The translations under genes were made by a program, and so were the position numbers. 64,000 bases of DNA. It comes from Octopus vulgaris (taxonomy: Eukaryota). Numbering within the stretch: the first letter of the stretch is position 1; every line of letters begins with the position of its first letter. Location: positions 34,286,001 to 34,350,000 of the forward strand of contig OX597822.1 in assembly GCA_951406725.2 (NCBI GenBank), read 5' to 3'. The notes beneath the pieces were generated by a model. It searched no databases. It saw only the letters and a list, made by a program, of their open reading frames with translations, and had not been told where the DNA came from. Below, piece after piece: positions 1 through 12,136 of this stretch.

Positions 1-519
1 ACAGACTACATTAATCTTACCAACAGCTATTCAATATCAACTGGAAGTATTTCCCTTCCAATTAAGTTTGTAATAACATATTATTCATATGAGGCTTAAT
101 ATTGATGTTCTTCATTTGACGAATGTCTTATTAAGTCGTACACATCCCGCAGTATCAAAAACCACTCTTGTGACTGGACTTGTAAACAAATGTTGCTGGC
201 AAAAAAATAAGACAGTGTCAGTATTTCCTGTTCACATCTTAAACTTTATGCATATTAGGTGAGGACAACGAGAAACGTACCTATTAGAGAAATACAGCAA
301 CCCATGGAAATTATAGGATAGTCCTTTTCGAATTTGAATATGACCTATTAGGTTGGGCTTCAACTCGATGAGTTTCTGTGTGGCATGAACCTAACGAGTC
401 TTTCATTTCTTTCCAAAAGAGATCGAATGTCGCTTATTGTATGCTGCTGTTGTCTTCTTCTTTTTCTTCTTCCGATCAGGACTCACGCCATTAGCCACAA
501 AGAATAATCTCTAATTCGA

Positions 520-920
520 GTCTACTCTAAGCTACTAAGCATGCGTGTAGCAACTTGGAGATCCACCCACCACAAGCGATGGACTGGCGGTTGCACGGGC
601 GCGAAAGCTACGTTGTTATCCTTATTCCGTAAACGGTGGCTTTTAACGGGTGGAGAGCTGAACCATCCTGGGAGCACAGAGGATTCGCAATCTAGACTAG
701 GGTCTCAAAGTTTACACACCATAGTGGGTTACACCATGGTTCCTCTGCTTTGTGGCAGAAGTAGGAAGAAAGAGTGAGAGAAATTTGTGGTGAAAAGTAC
801 AGCGGGGTTCCCCACTCCTCCCCGCCGGAGCCTAGTGGAGCTTAGGTATTTTTGCTCAATATATACTCACAACGCCCGGTCTGGGGATCGAAACCGCGTT
901 CTTACGACTGCGAGTCCGCT
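520..920 (-). mobile_element. tRNA-derived SINE, family C (diverged)
   Basis: Reverse complement matches the head of 5057/41502 (gcggactcgcagtcgtaagaacgcggtttcgatccccagaccgggcgttgtgag) and the body motif gcgatggactggcg. Confidence 0.7.
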
Positions 921-1315
921 GCTGTTGCTGTAGTTTAGTGCAGTGAATTATATCGCTTTATACTAATTAAGATGTATGCATTCATTGGTTGAGAGTTAAG
1001 TAGTTTGACACAGACACAGTACAATATCCATGACGATATGAAATAGCGATGGTATGATAAGCGTTAACAACTATTCGGCTTATTACGAACTATTGAATCC
1101 ATCTAGCAGTGTTGGCCGAAACTGATGTTTTAAGATAAAAATAAAAAAATAAAAAAAGATGAGGCCTGAAGTTACTATCTTCCGTTTTTGTTTGCTTGTA
1201 TTATTTTGTCATCTGCTTTCTTATATTAATGTTTTATTCTTCAAGATTGAAAGAGAGAGAGAGAGACAGAGACAGAGAGAGAGAGAGAGACAGAGAGAGA
1301 CAGAGAGACAGAGAG

Positions 1316-1346
<31 letters not shown>

Positions 1347-1384
1347 GAGATAAAAGAAGAAAGGATGTCTACGGATACAAGTAT

Positions 1385-1696
1385 AGATGTATGGTTAAGA
1401 AGTTCGCTTCCTATCCAGATGATTTCTGGTTCGATCGTATGTGCGGTACTTTATGTAAGAGTCTCCTAGTATAGCCTTGGGCCGTTCAATGCCTTTTGAG
1501 TTAATTCTGTTGACAGAAACCAGCGTGGACATCCGTCTAATCTATCTATCTGTCTGATTGTCAATCTATCTATATGTCTGTCCGTCTGCCTGCCTGTCTG
1601 TCTATCTATATGTCTGTCTGTCTGCCTGCCTGTCTGTCTATCTATATGTCTGTCTTTCTGCCTGTCTATCTATCTATCTGTCTGTCTTTCTGCCTG

Positions 1697-1754
<58 letters not shown>

Positions 1755-2050
1755 CATCTATATGTATATATAAATGTATGCGTGAACGTATGTGTGTATG
1801 TGAGTGTGTATGGAAGTACACGTATATATATGTATGTGAATGCGTGTTTGTGTTTGTATTTCATTGTTTGACAACTGATATTGGTTTTTTTTTTGGTCCC
1901 TATAATTTAGCATTTTGTAAATCCGGGGCCAATAGAATAACTCAGAATTTAAAAGATAAGAACTTGGCTTATTTCGTTTGACTAAATCCTTCAACGTGAT
2001 GTCTCAGCATGTTCGCAGTTCAGTTTAATTGTAACAGGTAAAAGAATAAA
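1385..2050 (+). mobile_element. SINE family B, diverged, with expanded internal (TCTA/TCTG)n
   Basis: Head and tail resemble the copy at 40371-40770; the internal microsatellite is at the usual position. Confidence 0.6.
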
Positions 2051-2694
2051 GGAATAAAGGAATTTACAGATTCAGATATCGACAATATAAGTGAAAAGAC
2101 TGCGTATAGTGGAACGTGGAACCTGGATCGAAGACTCAGTTTTTCTGAAAGACTCTCCGAAAGGAGAGGCTGGTATGATTGAGAAACCACTAGTCTTCCA
2201 TAAACAACCTTTCCCGGACTCGTACCTTGATGGGGAACTTTCTTGGTGCAATTCCATGGTCATTCAAGACCGAAGGGGCCCTTTACTTTTTACTCCTAAA
2301 TTTATGAGGATCGGATGGCGCTGTTATAAATTATAAAACAGTCATATTGATTAATATAGAAGAATATGTCTTTTATATCTCCATTCCAATCGGATGAGAA
2401 TGCTTTTAATTCAATGGAGTAGGATTCTTGTACCTTTTTTTTTGTTTTGTTTTTCCTAAAAACATTGATGGAATTATTATGGCTGCCAGTACACTATCTT
2501 ACAAAACGAATGCACAGACGGAAAATTCCAGTAGATAAACACAAACAGCCAATTATAAGATATTTTTAATCATATTATTACAATTGTATTAGGTAATACT
2601 TTTTATGTTGGGTTTGCCCTCAGGTAAGCCCCAGTCGAGCAGGTAAGCCCTGAGATCAAAATAAGTCGGAGTCAAATAGAAACAAATCCAGGAG

Positions 2695-2860
2695 CAGGCG
2701 TGGTTGTGTGGTAAGAAGCTTGCTTCCCATTCACATGGCTCCGGGTTCAGTCCCACTGCGTGGCACCTTGGGCAAATATCTTCTACTATACCCTCGGGCC
2801 AATCAAAACTTTATGCGTGGATTTGGAAGACAGAGACTGAATAAAACAAATCGTATATAT

Positions 2861-2934
<74 letters not shown>

Positions 2935-3088
2935 GGAGAGTTCACGAAAAAAACAAAAGACGAAGACAGGTGGTGTACAAAACAAACTGATGTATTAGTA
3001 TAACGCTCAGGAATTGAAAAAAACTTTTACGTTTCGAGTCTACGCTCTTCTAAAGAAAGGGACACAGAAAAACAAGGAGAGAAAAATA

Positions 3089-3180
<92 letters not shown>

Positions 3181-3355
3181 GTCCCCTGCATTGCTTGAAA
3201 ACGAGTGTTGGTTTGTTTACGTAGCTGTTCGGCAAAAGAGAATGATAGAATAAGTTGCAGGCTTAAAAAAGTACTGGGTCGATTCGTCTGAGTAAGACCT
3301 CTTCAAGGCGGTGCTGCAGTATGGCCACAGTCTAATGACTGAAACAAGTAAAAAA
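2695..3355 (+). mobile_element. SINE family B with a PLE-end fragment nested in its (TA)n linker
   Basis: Head ggttccgggttcagtcccactgcgtggcaccttgggcaa-like; tail gactgaaacaagtaaaa; non-SINE insert at about 2931-3088. Confidence 0.75.
3024..3059 (-). ncRNA. Degenerate minimal hammerhead-like motif in a PLE 3'-end fragment
   Basis: Minus strand cuuu-CUUUAGAA-gagcguagacuc-GAAAcgUA-aaag; homologous copy at 55318-55353. The core is mutated. Confidence 0.4.
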
Positions 3356-3466
3356 GAAAAAGCCTAGAAGTTAAATCTGTTAGGGAGTGGGGCTGGTGTC
3401 CCCTTGAAAGATGCTGTTGTACTCTCAATCACTTACAAATCATGAAGCCCGGTATAAGCTCTAGTC

Positions 3467-3733
3467 CAGGGCTGGTCAACCTGAGGTCCGCAGCTCGCAG
3501 ACTTATATCTTGCGGCCCACTTGATACTTTTTAAGAATTTTAACAAACATTTTAAGAATTTTATAAAAATTAAAGACTGTAATGAAAAGTCAAAAAGAAA
3601 GATACTACTGTTTTTGCAACGATAATAGCATTAGAAAGCAAAATGCTTTCAATTCTGTCAGTATACAAGCGGCCCTCAAAAAACTTTCCGTGATTAAAGT
3701 GGCCCGCAATGTAATTTGAGTTTGCCAAACCTG
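3467..3733. mobile_element. hAT-type MITE
   Basis: Imperfect TIRs cagggctggtcaac / tttgccaaacctg; 8-bp TSD ctctagtc at 3459-3466 and 3734-3741. Confidence 0.85.
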
Positions 3734-4209
3734 CTCTAGTCTAATGAATCTGTAAGGCGTCAGAAAACTTTAATTTGTTAACGTCACTCATTAAGGTATT
3801 TATTGACAATATATAACAGGCAAATTTTCCTTCACTACAATAATTAGCACTGGGAGAAAGCTTCAGTTGTTTTGTTTTGTTTTTGGCATTAGATTTTAGG
3901 GAATGAATAATAATGTGATATTCGTGTTTTGAATTCTAGGAGTTCAAGTTGATGTGAATTTGTGTCATGAACCAAGAATCAAAAGAGTGAAGCACTTTTT
4001 ATATATTTTACAATGTTATTTTTGGTAGCAGACCGACTTAATCCGTCGCACAGTTTACTACCATCACCTTCCCTCAAAAAATGCTGGCCTTGTGTTAAAA
4101 TTAGAAAGAATTATTTTACTGGTGTTTATTATATCATTCCGGGGTGACAATAAGTAAAATCGATTTCTTTATGTTGAAAGCAGAACGTAAATAAACGTAA
4201 CTAAAAACC

Positions 4210-4430
4210 GGTTTCAAATTTTGGGACAAGGCCAGCAATTTTGAGGAAGTGAGCAAGTCGATCTCAGTACTCACCTGGTACTTATAAGTACTCAACTGGT
4301 ACTTATTTTATCCACCCTGAAAGTATAAAAGTCAGAGTCGACCTCGGCGGAATTCGAACTTACAATGTAAAGACAGACGAAATGCTGCTAAACATTTTGC
4401 CCAGCATTCTAACGATTCTACCAACGCATT
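4210..4430 (-). mobile_element. SINE family A (MetaSINE-like central domain), diverged
   Basis: Contains gtcgacctcggcggaattcgaact and ctggtacttattt, shared with family A copies. Confidence 0.7.
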
Positions 4431-4599
4431 TTGTTTGTCGCTGAACCATTTCTAGAATTGTTTTTCTAGATATCTTATAAAGTGGTACCAAAGTGTCACA
4501 GATCGTTATTATGATGCTAACCCAAACTCGTTTGTGTTTGGAAGTGAAAATGAAGAGTTCTGGATTATTGACAGAGAAAGATTAGATTCTCAATGACAA

Positions 4600-4770
4600 T
4601 ATCCCTATTTACGAGTCTTTAGTTGCACAAGGCACTATTCAGGATGAAGGTTTCCGGTTGCTTAAACGCCTGGAATATTCACCGGATACTGCATCATAGG
4701 GCCCCTACTTATTTCCAAATCTGAGGAAACGTTTCAAAGAAAAGAAATTTGCTGAAATCACTTATATAGT
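4600..4770 (+). pseudogene. Mariner transposase remnant
   Basis: Translates to ..GFRLLKRLEYSPDTAS*GPYLFPNLRKRFKEKKF, resembling the mariner HPPYSPDLAPSDYYLFPNLK motif; in-frame stop. Confidence 0.65.
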
Positions 4771-5056
4771 TTATCAATAAATCTTCAAGCTCAAATTATT
4801 ATGAATTTTAGGTTTCCATAACAAAAGTACGTTGACATAATTATTGGTAACGTACGCCATTTTTAAATGAATAAATACGTACATACTTACATACATATGT
4901 ACAGAAACACACACACACACATACACACACATGCAGTTTTGATTACGGGGCATCCACAAAAGACGAAGAAATATTAGAGAGAAACACGCCACAGACTGTT
5001 TACATTGAATGACATAAAAGAGAGAGTTAATCAATTCATTATAATAGCAGAGAACG

Positions 5057-5358
5057 TGGAGGCCCAGTGGTTAGGGCAGCGGACTCGCGGTCGGAGGATC
5101 GCGGTTTCGATTCCAAGACTGGGCGTTGTGCATGTTTATTGAGCGAAAACACATAAGGCTACACGAGGCTCCGCCAGGGTGTGGCGGCGACCCCTGTTGT
5201 ACTCTTTCGCCCCAACTTTCTCTCACTATTTCTTCCTGTTTCTTGAGTAACGCTGCGATGGACTGGCGTTCCGTCCAGCTGGGGGGAACACATACGCCAT
5301 AGAAACCGGGAAACTGAGCCCATGAGCCTGGCTAGGCTTGAAAAGGGTGCATAAATAA
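5057..5358 (+). mobile_element. tRNA-derived SINE, family C
   Basis: Box A/B-like head ggcccagtggttagggcag...ggtttcgattcc; A-rich tail; 14-bp TSD aatagcagagaacg (5043-5056, 5359-5372). Confidence 0.85.
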
Positions 5359-6002
5359 AATAGCAGAGAACGCATCCATGAAGGGATGTTCACTGTTGTT
5401 AAGTGATCCACAACTCCAGTAATATGCCAAAATATTCAACAATGAATGCAACCATAAACTTGGAGTAAAAGCATAATTAAAACATTGGAAGTTGATTATC
5501 TGGTATTGTTAAAATTGTTTCGTTTATAGTCTTCATTGTGATGTAAGGCTACTAAATAAGCAAGCAAGCTGTGACAGTACCAGATAAGCCATTCGTCTGT
5601 TTTATTATAAGCGTATTATAAACACACACACACACATATATTCTCGACCGCACATACTCAGTGCATGTGTTATGTTTGTTTGTTCGCTGGTTCGCTGTGT
5701 ATAGCACCTGGGAGACGACTTCACCATTACGCTGGGTGTTAAAACATCAAAAATCATAGACAGAGGAAACAACTCGCCTCCGACCAAATTTAAGAGTGAT
5801 GGATACTGATATTTCGCCATTTTTCTGGCTTATTAACATCACGTACTGTATCGTACCAAGGACGAATGGAATCTGCAATATATAGGAATATATATATTAT
5901 GAATATATATAAATAGTGAATATCTATATATATGAATATATATATAAATATGAATATATATATAAATATGAATATATATATAAATATGAATATATATAAA
6001 TA

Positions 6003-6045
<43 letters not shown>

Positions 6046-6048
<3 letters not shown>

Positions 6049-6490
6049 GGTCCCGGGTTGATTCGGGGTTAACCACAGTAAGTAAGGTACTCAATACATA
6101 GCAGAGTAAAATTAATTTATTATATAGAAGGAGCTTCTACAGGACTAGTACTGTTTCATTCAAGAGAAATCTTCAGGAAGCTATTTAACAAGAATTGTAT
6201 TAGCATTTATACATTTAGGCAGGTTTAAAGGAGTGGTGGTGGGGGACTTTTTTGGGGGTAGGCATAGCGCAAAATATCATACTTGGGGGAGTGGTCAAGG
6301 AGTCAGTGGTAAGTTAGATGAAAGAATAGATAAATAAAAAAATAAAAAAATAAAAAAATAATAAAAAAATAAAAAAATAAAAAAAATAAAAAAATAAAAA
6401 ATATATATAATAAATATATATATAAAAAAAAATATATATAAAAAAAGGGGGGATAGAGTTATAGGTAAATAAGGAGATTCTCACTTATAC
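6046..6490 (-). mobile_element. PLE 3'-terminal (pLTR) fragment at a (TA)n tract
   Basis: Non-microsatellite block abutting (TA)n and containing a type I hammerhead, as known for PLE pLTRs. Confidence 0.55.
6132..6182 (-). ncRNA. Type I hammerhead ribozyme
   Basis: agcuuc-CUGAAGA-uuuc(ucuu)gaau-GAAA-cag(uacuaguc)cug-UA-gaagcu: 6-bp stem I, canonical core, near-palindromic stem III. Confidence 0.8.
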
Positions 6491-6520
6491 CTATACACAT
6501 ATGTATACGTATCTACACAC

Positions 6521-6571
<51 letters not shown>

Positions 6572-6868
6572 TATATACACATATACATACATATCTACAT
6601 ACACACATACATACACCCGCCCACATATACAAATTTATACACATGCACATGCATATACCTGTCTACACATACACACACGTATATATGCATACACTCCCTC
6701 CCATGCATGCACGCATACACACATGTATATATATACCCACGACCACACATACATATATACACAGAAAAATATATATTCATACGCACATACACTCATGCAC
6801 ACACAACACACCTAGTTCCCTATATACACATATTTACACCTATATATACATACACCCACATACACATA

Positions 6869-6920
<52 letters not shown>

Positions 6921-7019
6921 CACGCATACACATATATACATGTGTGCACATACATACACATACACACATACATACACATACACATACACATGTGTACCTA
7001 TACATACCTACACATACAC

Positions 7020-7088
<69 letters not shown>

Positions 7089-7477
7089 CCAATACAGGCC
7101 CATTCCCTAATTTTAATTTTATTATCTTCATTTATTACTTTTGTTATCTTTGATCGCTAGAGCTAAGGATCCTGGCTATGGCAGCAAGTCCATTTGTCTG
7201 TCTACTAGAAGGCAAGTACTCATTCCCGCACGCACACTCATTAGCACGTACATTCACCCATTCGTACACTCATACACATACACGTACGCACGCGTTATAT
7301 TCATACATACAAACATCTACATACGTTCACGTATATACACATACGTACTCGTACCTACAGATTCGTGTCTACACTTTAGGAGGCTAGTCTATACATATAC
7401 ACCAATAAATATACATATACATATATATACACATATACATACACACACACACATATACTCCTACATACAGATACATA

Positions 7478-7525
<48 letters not shown>

Positions 7526-7683
7526 CATACACATACACACATATATATACACACACATACATACACATATATATACATACACAAACATATATACACACAT
7601 ATATATATATATACACACATACACACACACATACATACATATACACACAAACACATACATACGTATACATACATACATACATC

Positions 7684-7730
<47 letters not shown>

Positions 7731-7765
7731 GAATATATATATATATAAATGAATATATATAAATA

Positions 7766-7825
<60 letters not shown>

Positions 7826-7891
7826 TGAATATATATATAAATAAATATTTGTTGTGCAAGATTTTTTATGTGAAGTCGTGTGTTGAAACAG

Positions 7892-9150
7892 ATATTGTTA
7901 TATTTCGGAATGGTCATATTGCCAGTTTAGCCAATAAAAACACACGCACTATATATTTGGTGTTATTTTGCTTCAGTGATATTTATTTTTTACATTAATC
8001 TTAATCTTATTTCGGCCAAAGTTCTTTCGTCACACTCCTGTGACCGCATCAGTGGTCCTTTGTTTTCTTCTCACTTACTTGTGTCTCTCCTTACTAACCG
8101 TCAGCCATTTTGTATTTCTATTGTATGTCTTCATTTGCGCATGCTTATATCTCTATGTGCGTCTATGTTTATTTAGTGTGTGTGGGGGGGATGCCTGTAA
8201 TATTTGTATCTTCTGGTTATATACATTCTTGTAATTTGTATTTTGTTTTTGTTGTTGTTGCTTTTGTTCTAATTTTGTTCATGTGTTTACATCCACCCAT
8301 TATTATCATTACATATGCTTGTATGTATGTATAACAACAATATTAGTAATAATAATAATAAATCTAATCGAAAAAAAAAAAGAATATACATATACATATA
8401 TATATATACATACATATACATATACATATACATATATATACATATATACACACATATATACACATATAGATATTCATTTCTATTTCTTTAATTACCTGTG
8501 TATTTATTATGTTTGCAGGATCCACTATTGTCATATGTTGTGGTGTGCGCTATTGCTCCATTCTAGTTTTCTATTCAGGCTAGGTTTATTTTCTATTATA
8601 TGTGTAGCTTCTGTAATTTGTCTAATTGTTGCATCTGTTCTATGTGTGGACAATATCTTAATCTCTATGTTATTGATTGATCCCCCGTGTTCTTGTTCGG
8701 CGTGTTGGTACAGAATCGATGAGCTTTTACCTTCCTTGAGTTGTCTCCAATGTCATTCACCCGCTCACCAATGCTTCTTGCAGTTTCCCCTACGTATGTT
8801 ACTGTCTTGTTACTGCATCGTCCCTCTATACATCTTATACTATAGACCACATTTCTGGCTTTACAGTTCGTTTGTGGGCTAAATCTACATACAGTGCAAT
8901 AGTTATCCGTACAGAGAGTTCTACTAAAAGGATAGCTTCTACCAATTATAGATCTGATAGGGTTGCCTGGGTTTTCAACAACCTTAATTCTTAGTTTAAG
9001 TTTATCTAGGGTCCTTCTAAAGCGGTACGCTAGTTCACCTCCAGGGGTGGTGTCAACGAACATGACACTCTGGTATTTATGGCTATCATACCAAGAGTTG
9101 GCCTTCCCTATTTTATTTCTTGTCCTTTCTATAGTGTTCCATGACTTGTT
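7892..9150 (-). repeat. Left arm of 1.26-kb inverted repeat (antisense copy of the PLE 3' end)
   Basis: Matches 11516-12774 with only a few differences seen: two substitutions near 9115-9120, a 1-bp deletion near 8753 that frameshifts the GIY-YIG copy, and poly-A length. Confidence 0.95.
8014..8058 (-). ncRNA. Atypical minimal hammerhead-like motif (copy in left arm)
   Basis: Identical reverse complement of 12608-12652. Confidence 0.55.
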
Positions 9151-12136
9151 AGACACAAACAATAGATACAAAAACAAAAACACAAACAGAGAGAGAAAAA
9201 TCGTATACAACAGCAACAACAACAACAATTATAGGGAGAACCGACACACAAACACACACACAGATAGCCATAGTCACAAAGACACGAATAAAAGTTGTGT
9301 CATAGGGGTCACGATGGAGAATAAAGTTGAATGCAACAGGATCCTTGGACAGGGAGTCAGCGGACTTGAAACAGATAACAATACTCATAGGAACAAAAAT
9401 AACGACCGCAACAGGGGGATTGACAGGGATCAACAGACAGACATAAAACCCAACACTAATATAAACAACACATATACCAGAAACAGGAACAATGAATATA
9501 TCACTAGCGATGATAGTAATAATGGCAATGGTAGGAATAAAGGTAATAACAATAATAGTGGTAGTAGTAGTGGTGATGGTAACAGTAGAAGTAGTAATGA
9601 GGATAGTAGTGATAGTTGTGGTGGTAATAGGAATACTAGTAGTAGTAGTAGTGGTAATGGTGATAATAATAATAGGAAGGCTGATGTTGGAAACAGTAAC
9701 GATAATGAAGATAACCCTAGAGAGACCATTGACATGTATACCCATCCCTTTGACACTCAATTCTTCAACGTATGCGACAAAACTTACTGCATGAACCGAA
9801 TTTATCCAACAACATTACCCTTCAACAAAAGAGTATACATCCCAAGACGTACTAATGACCACATGGAAGCACAGTTCACTATAGCTAGGACCAAACTTAG
9901 ACAGATTTTAGGATTATACATTAAGAGACAGAGACAGAATAAGACAGATGCCCAACAACTAGGGATTAAACCTGCATGTGGCCTACAGAAGCTCATTCAG
10001 CGCACGAGGAACGGAGAGGTGATATGCCTTCCCACGGATAAGTCCGGCAGGATGTCAATAGACAGCTTACCGAACTACATCCAGGCAATGCAACCTCATA
10101 TCGCCAATACAAAAGTAACAACTGTACAGGCGCATGAGGAGAGAGAAAAGGTCCTCAATGCCCACATGATGATGTGGACAATTGTTCTGGGACCTCAGAA
10201 ACGTACTGCAAAGAATTTCCAAGCCTGGAACAATGATATCCCGGCACTGTATGGACTTCGCAAGGACCATAAAGGTTTTACTGACCCTATAGCAGGACCA
10301 CCAACAAGACCAGTCTGTGGAGCGAATATCGCTAGCAATTACAGAATCTCCTACTTCCTCTCAATGATCATACGCCCTATAATCAGGATGTCACCTGATG
10401 TGTGTGACAGCACAGAAGATCTCCTAAGCAGGATCAGTGACTGTAACAAAACTTGTGACTTGACAGGATGTATAGTAGGTAGCATGGATGTGGTATCCCT
10501 ATACCCATCGATTGACGTAGATTTTGCAGTGGAGAAGTGCGTGGAGATGATCAACGAGAGCCAGGTGGAGTTCTGTAATGTCGACACAGAAGAACTGGGC
10601 CTCCTACTTAGACTGACATATAATAGTGAATACTTAGATAAACATAATCTTAGTAGTTTCTGCCCCAGTAGATATTTAAGAGGTAGACCGCCTACAATTA
10701 CTTCTATGGCTAGGAAGACACATATAGAAAGATGGCGCGGATGGACCAGAGCCATACGGAGCCCCGCAAATGTCCATCAGGTAAAGAAAATGATCGCACA
10801 TGCACTAGGAGCTAGTATAAGAGTTACCCTAAAAGGCCACACATTTAAATTTAATAATAAAATATATGCCCAGGACGAGGGGGCAGCCATCGGTGTTAGT
10901 ATCGCTGGTGATGTGGCCAACCTCTTCATGGTATGGTGGGACAGAAGGCTTAAAGAATGCCTACTGCAGAAATCCATACTCGTAAACATGTACTCTCGCT
11001 ATGTTGATGATATCAATATAGTAGTAAAGGCACCCCCACAAGAGAGTACTGTTGATATAGTAATAGAAACTAATACTATGGAGAGCATCCAGCAAATAGC
11101 TAACTCCATCCACCAGAGTATTAAGGTCACAATAGACTACCCCACTAAACACCCCAACCATAGACTACCAGTACTAGACACTGAACTCTGGCTAGAAATT
11201 GTGAAAAATAAAACCCAAATCCTTCATTCATACTATGCAAAACCTATGGCCTCAAAATACCTGATCCACCGGAACTCAGCCATTGCGGGCAATGCCAAAT
11301 TCAATATTTTGATGGCAGACCTCGTCAGAATAATGAGAAATGTGTCACGCATGTGCGAGCCTACAGAATTAAAGAGACACATACAGTATTTCATTCACCG
11401 CATGCAGTTCTCAGGTTACAGCCATAAAGAAAGGATCAGAGTATACAAAGGAGCCATGAAGAAATTTGATAATATATTATGTAATGATAGGAATGGGATT
11501 TGCCCACTCTATAGGAACAAGTCATGGAACACTATAGAAAGGACAAAAAAGAAAATAGGGAAGGCCAACTCTTGGTATGATAGCCATAAATACCAGAGTG
11601 TCATGTTCGTTGACACCACCCCTGGAGGTGAACTAGCGTACCGCTTTAGAAGGACCCTAGATAAACTTAAACTAAGAATTAAGGTTGTTGAAAACCCAGG
11701 CAACCCTATCAGATCTATAATTGGTAGAAGCTATCCTTTTAGTAGAACTCTCTGTACGGATAACTATTGCACTGTATGTAGATTTAGCCCACAAACGAAC
11801 TGTAAAGCCAGAAATGTGGTCTATAGTATAAGATGTATAGAGGGACGATGCAGTAACAAGACAGTAACATACGTAGGGGAAACTGCAAGAAGCATTGGTG
11901 AGCGGGTGAATGAACATTGGAGACAACTCAAGGAAGGTAAAAGCTCATCGATTCTGTACCAACACGCCGAACAAGAACACGGGGGATCAATCAATAACAT
12001 AGAGATTAAGATATTGTCCACACATAGAACAGATGCAACAATTAGACAAATTACAGAAGCTACACATATAATAGAAAATAAACCTAGCCTGAATAGAAAA
12101 CTAGAATGGAGCAATAGCGCACACCACAACATATGA
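8963..12136 (+). CDS. PLE polyprotein: reverse transcriptase + Cys-rich linker + GIY-YIG endonuclease
   Basis: Uninterrupted 1057-aa frame with PTDKSG, LYGLRKDHK, RPVC, SMDVVSLYPSI, GAAIG, YSRYVDD, LPVLD, CxxxxCxxC linker, VVYSIRC...YVGETARS..R..EH and LNRK. Codons before 9151 come from the inverted arm; first ATG inside the unique body is 9314. Confidence 0.93.
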   Translation: MPGFSTTLILSLSLSRVLLKRYASSPPGVVSTNMTLWYLWLSYQELAFPILFLVLSIVFHDLLDTNNRYKNKNTNRERKIVYNSNNNNNYRENRHTNTHTDSHSHKDTNKSCVIGVTMENKVECNRILGQGVSGLETDNNTHRNKNNDRNRGIDRDQQTDIKPNTNINNTYTRNRNNEYITSDDSNNGNGRNKGNNNNSGSSSGDGNSRSSNEDSSDSCGGNRNTSSSSSGNGDNNNRKADVGNSNDNEDNPRETIDMYTHPFDTQFFNVCDKTYCMNRIYPTTLPFNKRVYIPRRTNDHMEAQFTIARTKLRQILGLYIKRQRQNKTDAQQLGIKPACGLQKLIQRTRNGEVICLPTDKSGRMSIDSLPNYIQAMQPHIANTKVTTVQAHEEREKVLNAHMMMWTIVLGPQKRTAKNFQAWNNDIPALYGLRKDHKGFTDPIAGPPTRPVCGANIASNYRISYFLSMIIRPIIRMSPDVCDSTEDLLSRISDCNKTCDLTGCIVGSMDVVSLYPSIDVDFAVEKCVEMINESQVEFCNVDTEELGLLLRLTYNSEYLDKHNLSSFCPSRYLRGRPPTITSMARKTHIERWRGWTRAIRSPANVHQVKKMIAHALGASIRVTLKGHTFKFNNKIYAQDEGAAIGVSIAGDVANLFMVWWDRRLKECLLQKSILVNMYSRYVDDINIVVKAPPQESTVDIVIETNTMESIQQIANSIHQSIKVTIDYPTKHPNHRLPVLDTELWLEIVKNKTQILHSYYAKPMASKYLIHRNSAIAGNAKFNILMADLVRIMRNVSRMCEPTELKRHIQYFIHRMQFSGYSHKERIRVYKGAMKKFDNILCNDRNGICPLYRNKSWNTIERTKKKIGKANSWYDSHKYQSVMFVDTTPGGELAYRFRRTLDKLKLRIKVVENPGNPIRSIIGRSYPFSRTLCTDNYCTVCRFSPQTNCKARNVVYSIRCIEGRCSNKTVTYVGETARSIGERVNEHWRQLKEGKSSSILYQHAEQEHGGSINNIEIKILSTHRTDATIRQITEATHIIENKPSLNRKLEWSNSAHHNI

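Noticed and set aside
7140-7230. RAKDPGYGSKS..CLLE as a GIY-YIG C-terminal remnant
   Set aside because: Too short and needs a frameshift; not supportable by eye.
8665-9228. Minus-strand 187-aa ORF as a separate nuclease gene
   Set aside because: It is the inverted PLE arm, lacks a native start and is frameshifted near 8753.
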